From: Octopus vulgaris
Taxonomy: Eukaryota
Assembly (NCBI GenBank): GCA_951406725.2
Contig: OX597814.1
Coordinates: forward strand, 182,156,001-182,220,000
Direction of reading: 5' to 3'
DNA length: 64,000 bases
Made by a program: the position numbers and the translations under genes. Shown one piece after another: positions 61,840 to 64,000 of the stretch (the first letter of the stretch is position 1; the number at the start of each line of letters is the position of its first letter). The notes beneath the pieces were generated by a model. That model saw only the letters and a list, made by a program, of their open reading frames with translations, was not told where the DNA came from and did no database searches.

Positions 61840-62165
61840 ACCCATGCCGGTGGCACGTAAAAAGCACTATCTGAACGTGGCTGATGCCAGCACTGCCTGA
61901 CTGGCGTCCGTGTCGGTGACACGTAAAAAGCACCAACCGATCGTGGCCATTTGCCAGCATCCTCTGGCTCCTGTGCCGGTGGCATGTAAAAAAAGCACCC
62001 ACTACACTCATGGAGTGGTTGGCGTTAGGAAGGGCTTCCAGCTGTAGAAACACTACCAGATCAGACTGGATCCTGGTGCAGCCTCCTGGCTTCCCAGACC
62101 CCGGTCGAACCGTCCAACCCATGCTAGCATGGAAAATGGGCGTTAAACGATGATGATGATGATGA
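61840..62165 (+). mobile_element. RTE tail copy, inverted relative to the neighbouring copy at 61255-61620
   Basis: Tail motif and (GAT)n. Confidence 0.88.
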
Positions 62166-63224
62166 ATTACGATATTGTGAGCTGAGGTTAGTACATGTCC
62201 CTACATTAAACACTAAATTCTTCTGCTAATATTAAGTGACTTACAAATTACCTTGTGGCAGTAGGAAAACATAGTACAGTTAAAATAACAGAAACAAGTT
62301 ATAATTCCTAATTTGAAGAGATGGCATAACAGGTAGACTGTAATTGATAATACAATTGCCTGGCAAGTAATATATATGTTGTTTGAATCACATCAGTGAT
62401 TGTCTTTCTTATTTCTGCTTCAAATAGGTACTTGTAATGTTCAATATTAGCAAGGATGTTGTGACAACTCCAATTTGCTTTTCTGTAGTTTACATCAGTT
62501 CTCACAGATAGTAATATACCATCAATGGATAAGCGAAGATATACCATACCACAGTGCATCAAAGAATGAAGTTATTTAGTGTCAATGAAAACAAAGTGGG
62601 AGGAACAAACAAAAATGGGGTATATGCATACAAAGCCACTCTTCTAGGTGGGCATTAATACCTCTGTGGAGGTAGGAGAAAAAAGATGATAGCTTGTCAT
62701 AATATAATATGTATGCACACTATTTAGTTATAGTGTACATTGGAAGGAATTTCATAATGTGTACAACAGGAATATGCACTGGTAGCTACTGAAGAAACCA
62801 GGTGTGAAAGAGAACAGTTGAAATCTAAGTTGTCTATTCGACTTATTTGCAGCTATACCTCTGAAATTTCTTTCTGAAGTCACTTATTCTGAGTGTGAAC
62901 AAGCAAACTACTAAACAACCATATATGATTACCAACAGAAGTGTTACAGATGTGAGTTAAAGGCCAAATAAAAGTAAGGTGAAATAATTTTGTAATTTAC
63001 TCTCAATCATATAAAAATTATATATAATCATTAGCATTCAGCTAAAACTAAAAGAATAAGAAAAAGTAATAATAATTATAGGAATAATAGTTCTAATTAT
63101 TATATAACTATTACTATTATTAAAAGAGCTGTGAACCAAATGCCTAGCAATGTTCAGTCTCTCAATGCTCGTATGCTCAAAGCCTTTTGGTGTTGACTTT
63201 TCCTCAAAAGTCAGTAAAATAGAA

Positions 63225-64000
63225 CCAGGCTGTGTGGTATGAATTTGCTTTCCAGCTACATGGTTCAGGGTTCAGTCCCACAGCAAATGTCTTCTACTAA
63301 TAGTTCTGGGCTGAACGAAGCCTTATGAATGGATCTGGTAGATGGAAACTGAAAGAAGGCCATCATACAGGTGTAGGAGTGGCTGTGTGGTAAGTAGCTT
63401 GCTTACGGACCACATAGTTCCGGGTTCAGTCCCACTGCATGGCACCTTGGGCAAGTGTCTTCTACTCTAGCCTCGGTCTGACCAAAGCCTTGTAAGTGGA
63501 TTTGGTAGATGGAAACTGAAAGAAGCCCATCATATATATGTATATATGTATATATGTGTGTGTATGTTTGTGTGTCTGTGTTTATCCCCGCCAACATTGC
63601 TTGACAACCAATGGTGGTGTGTTTACGTCCCCGTAACTTAGCAGTTTGGCAAAAGAGACCGATAGAATAAGTACTAGGCTTACAAAGACTAAGTCCTGGG
63701 GTCGATTTGCTCAACTAAAGGTGGTGCTCCAGCATGACTGCTGTCAAATGACTGAAACAAGTAAAAGAGAATAAAAGAGAAAATATTTGCATGTCTGTGT
63801 GTGTACACGTGTGTGTATGTGTATGTGTGTGTGAGAGAGAGAGAGAAAGAGAGAGAGAGAGTATCTTTGTGGTTGCATTTGTCCTCCCCACCATCGCTTG
63901 ACAACCAGTATCAGTTTGTTTATGTCCCTGTAACTTAGCAATTCAGCAAAAGACACCGATAGAGTACGTACTAGGCTTTAAAAGAATAAATACTGGAGAT
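63225..64000 (+). mobile_element. Cluster of three tandem S1 SINE copies or fragments
   Basis: Heads at about 63228 and 63370, full tail at 63780, and a further 3' half from about 63870. Confidence 0.82.

Noticed and set aside
62308-62562. Upstream TBC1D16 exon
   Set aside because: The peptide does not resemble TBC1D16 (a CGVFxVDL-like end is expected); NYRKANWS looks more like a decayed LINE.

Overview
AT-rich, repeat-dense eukaryotic DNA. The SINE and RTE repertoire strongly suggests an octopod cephalopod (Octopus); this rests on recalled repeat families, not a database search. The right half carries the last eight coding exons of a TBC1D16-type Rab-GAP on the minus strand (57247 down to the stop at 40390). 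All are GT-AG, phases are consistent and the R/Q fingers are intact; no upstream exons were found in the window. A 391-aa orphan ORF (27276-28451, +) lies downstream of a CpG-retaining island that has an RFX X-box, and there is a weak candidate first exon at 4510-4611 (-). The rest is a diverse set of mobile elements: tRNA-derived SINEs, RTE LINE pieces with a structured tandem-repeat tail, Chapaev3, Tigger and its MITE, pogo, mariner/Tc1, Merlin, hAT, piggyBac-type MITEs, two Helitrons and foldback elements. The most interesting signals are: three minimal Penelope-type hammerhead ribozyme motifs sharing a non-canonical unpaired base of stem II; an 870-bp foldback and other inverted repeats in TBC1D16 introns (candidate ADAR substrates); an in-frame CAG|ATGAGT site that A-to-I editing would turn into a perfect splice donor; and a 285-bp templated insertion. 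Coordinates were counted by hand, and the ends of degraded repeats are approximate.
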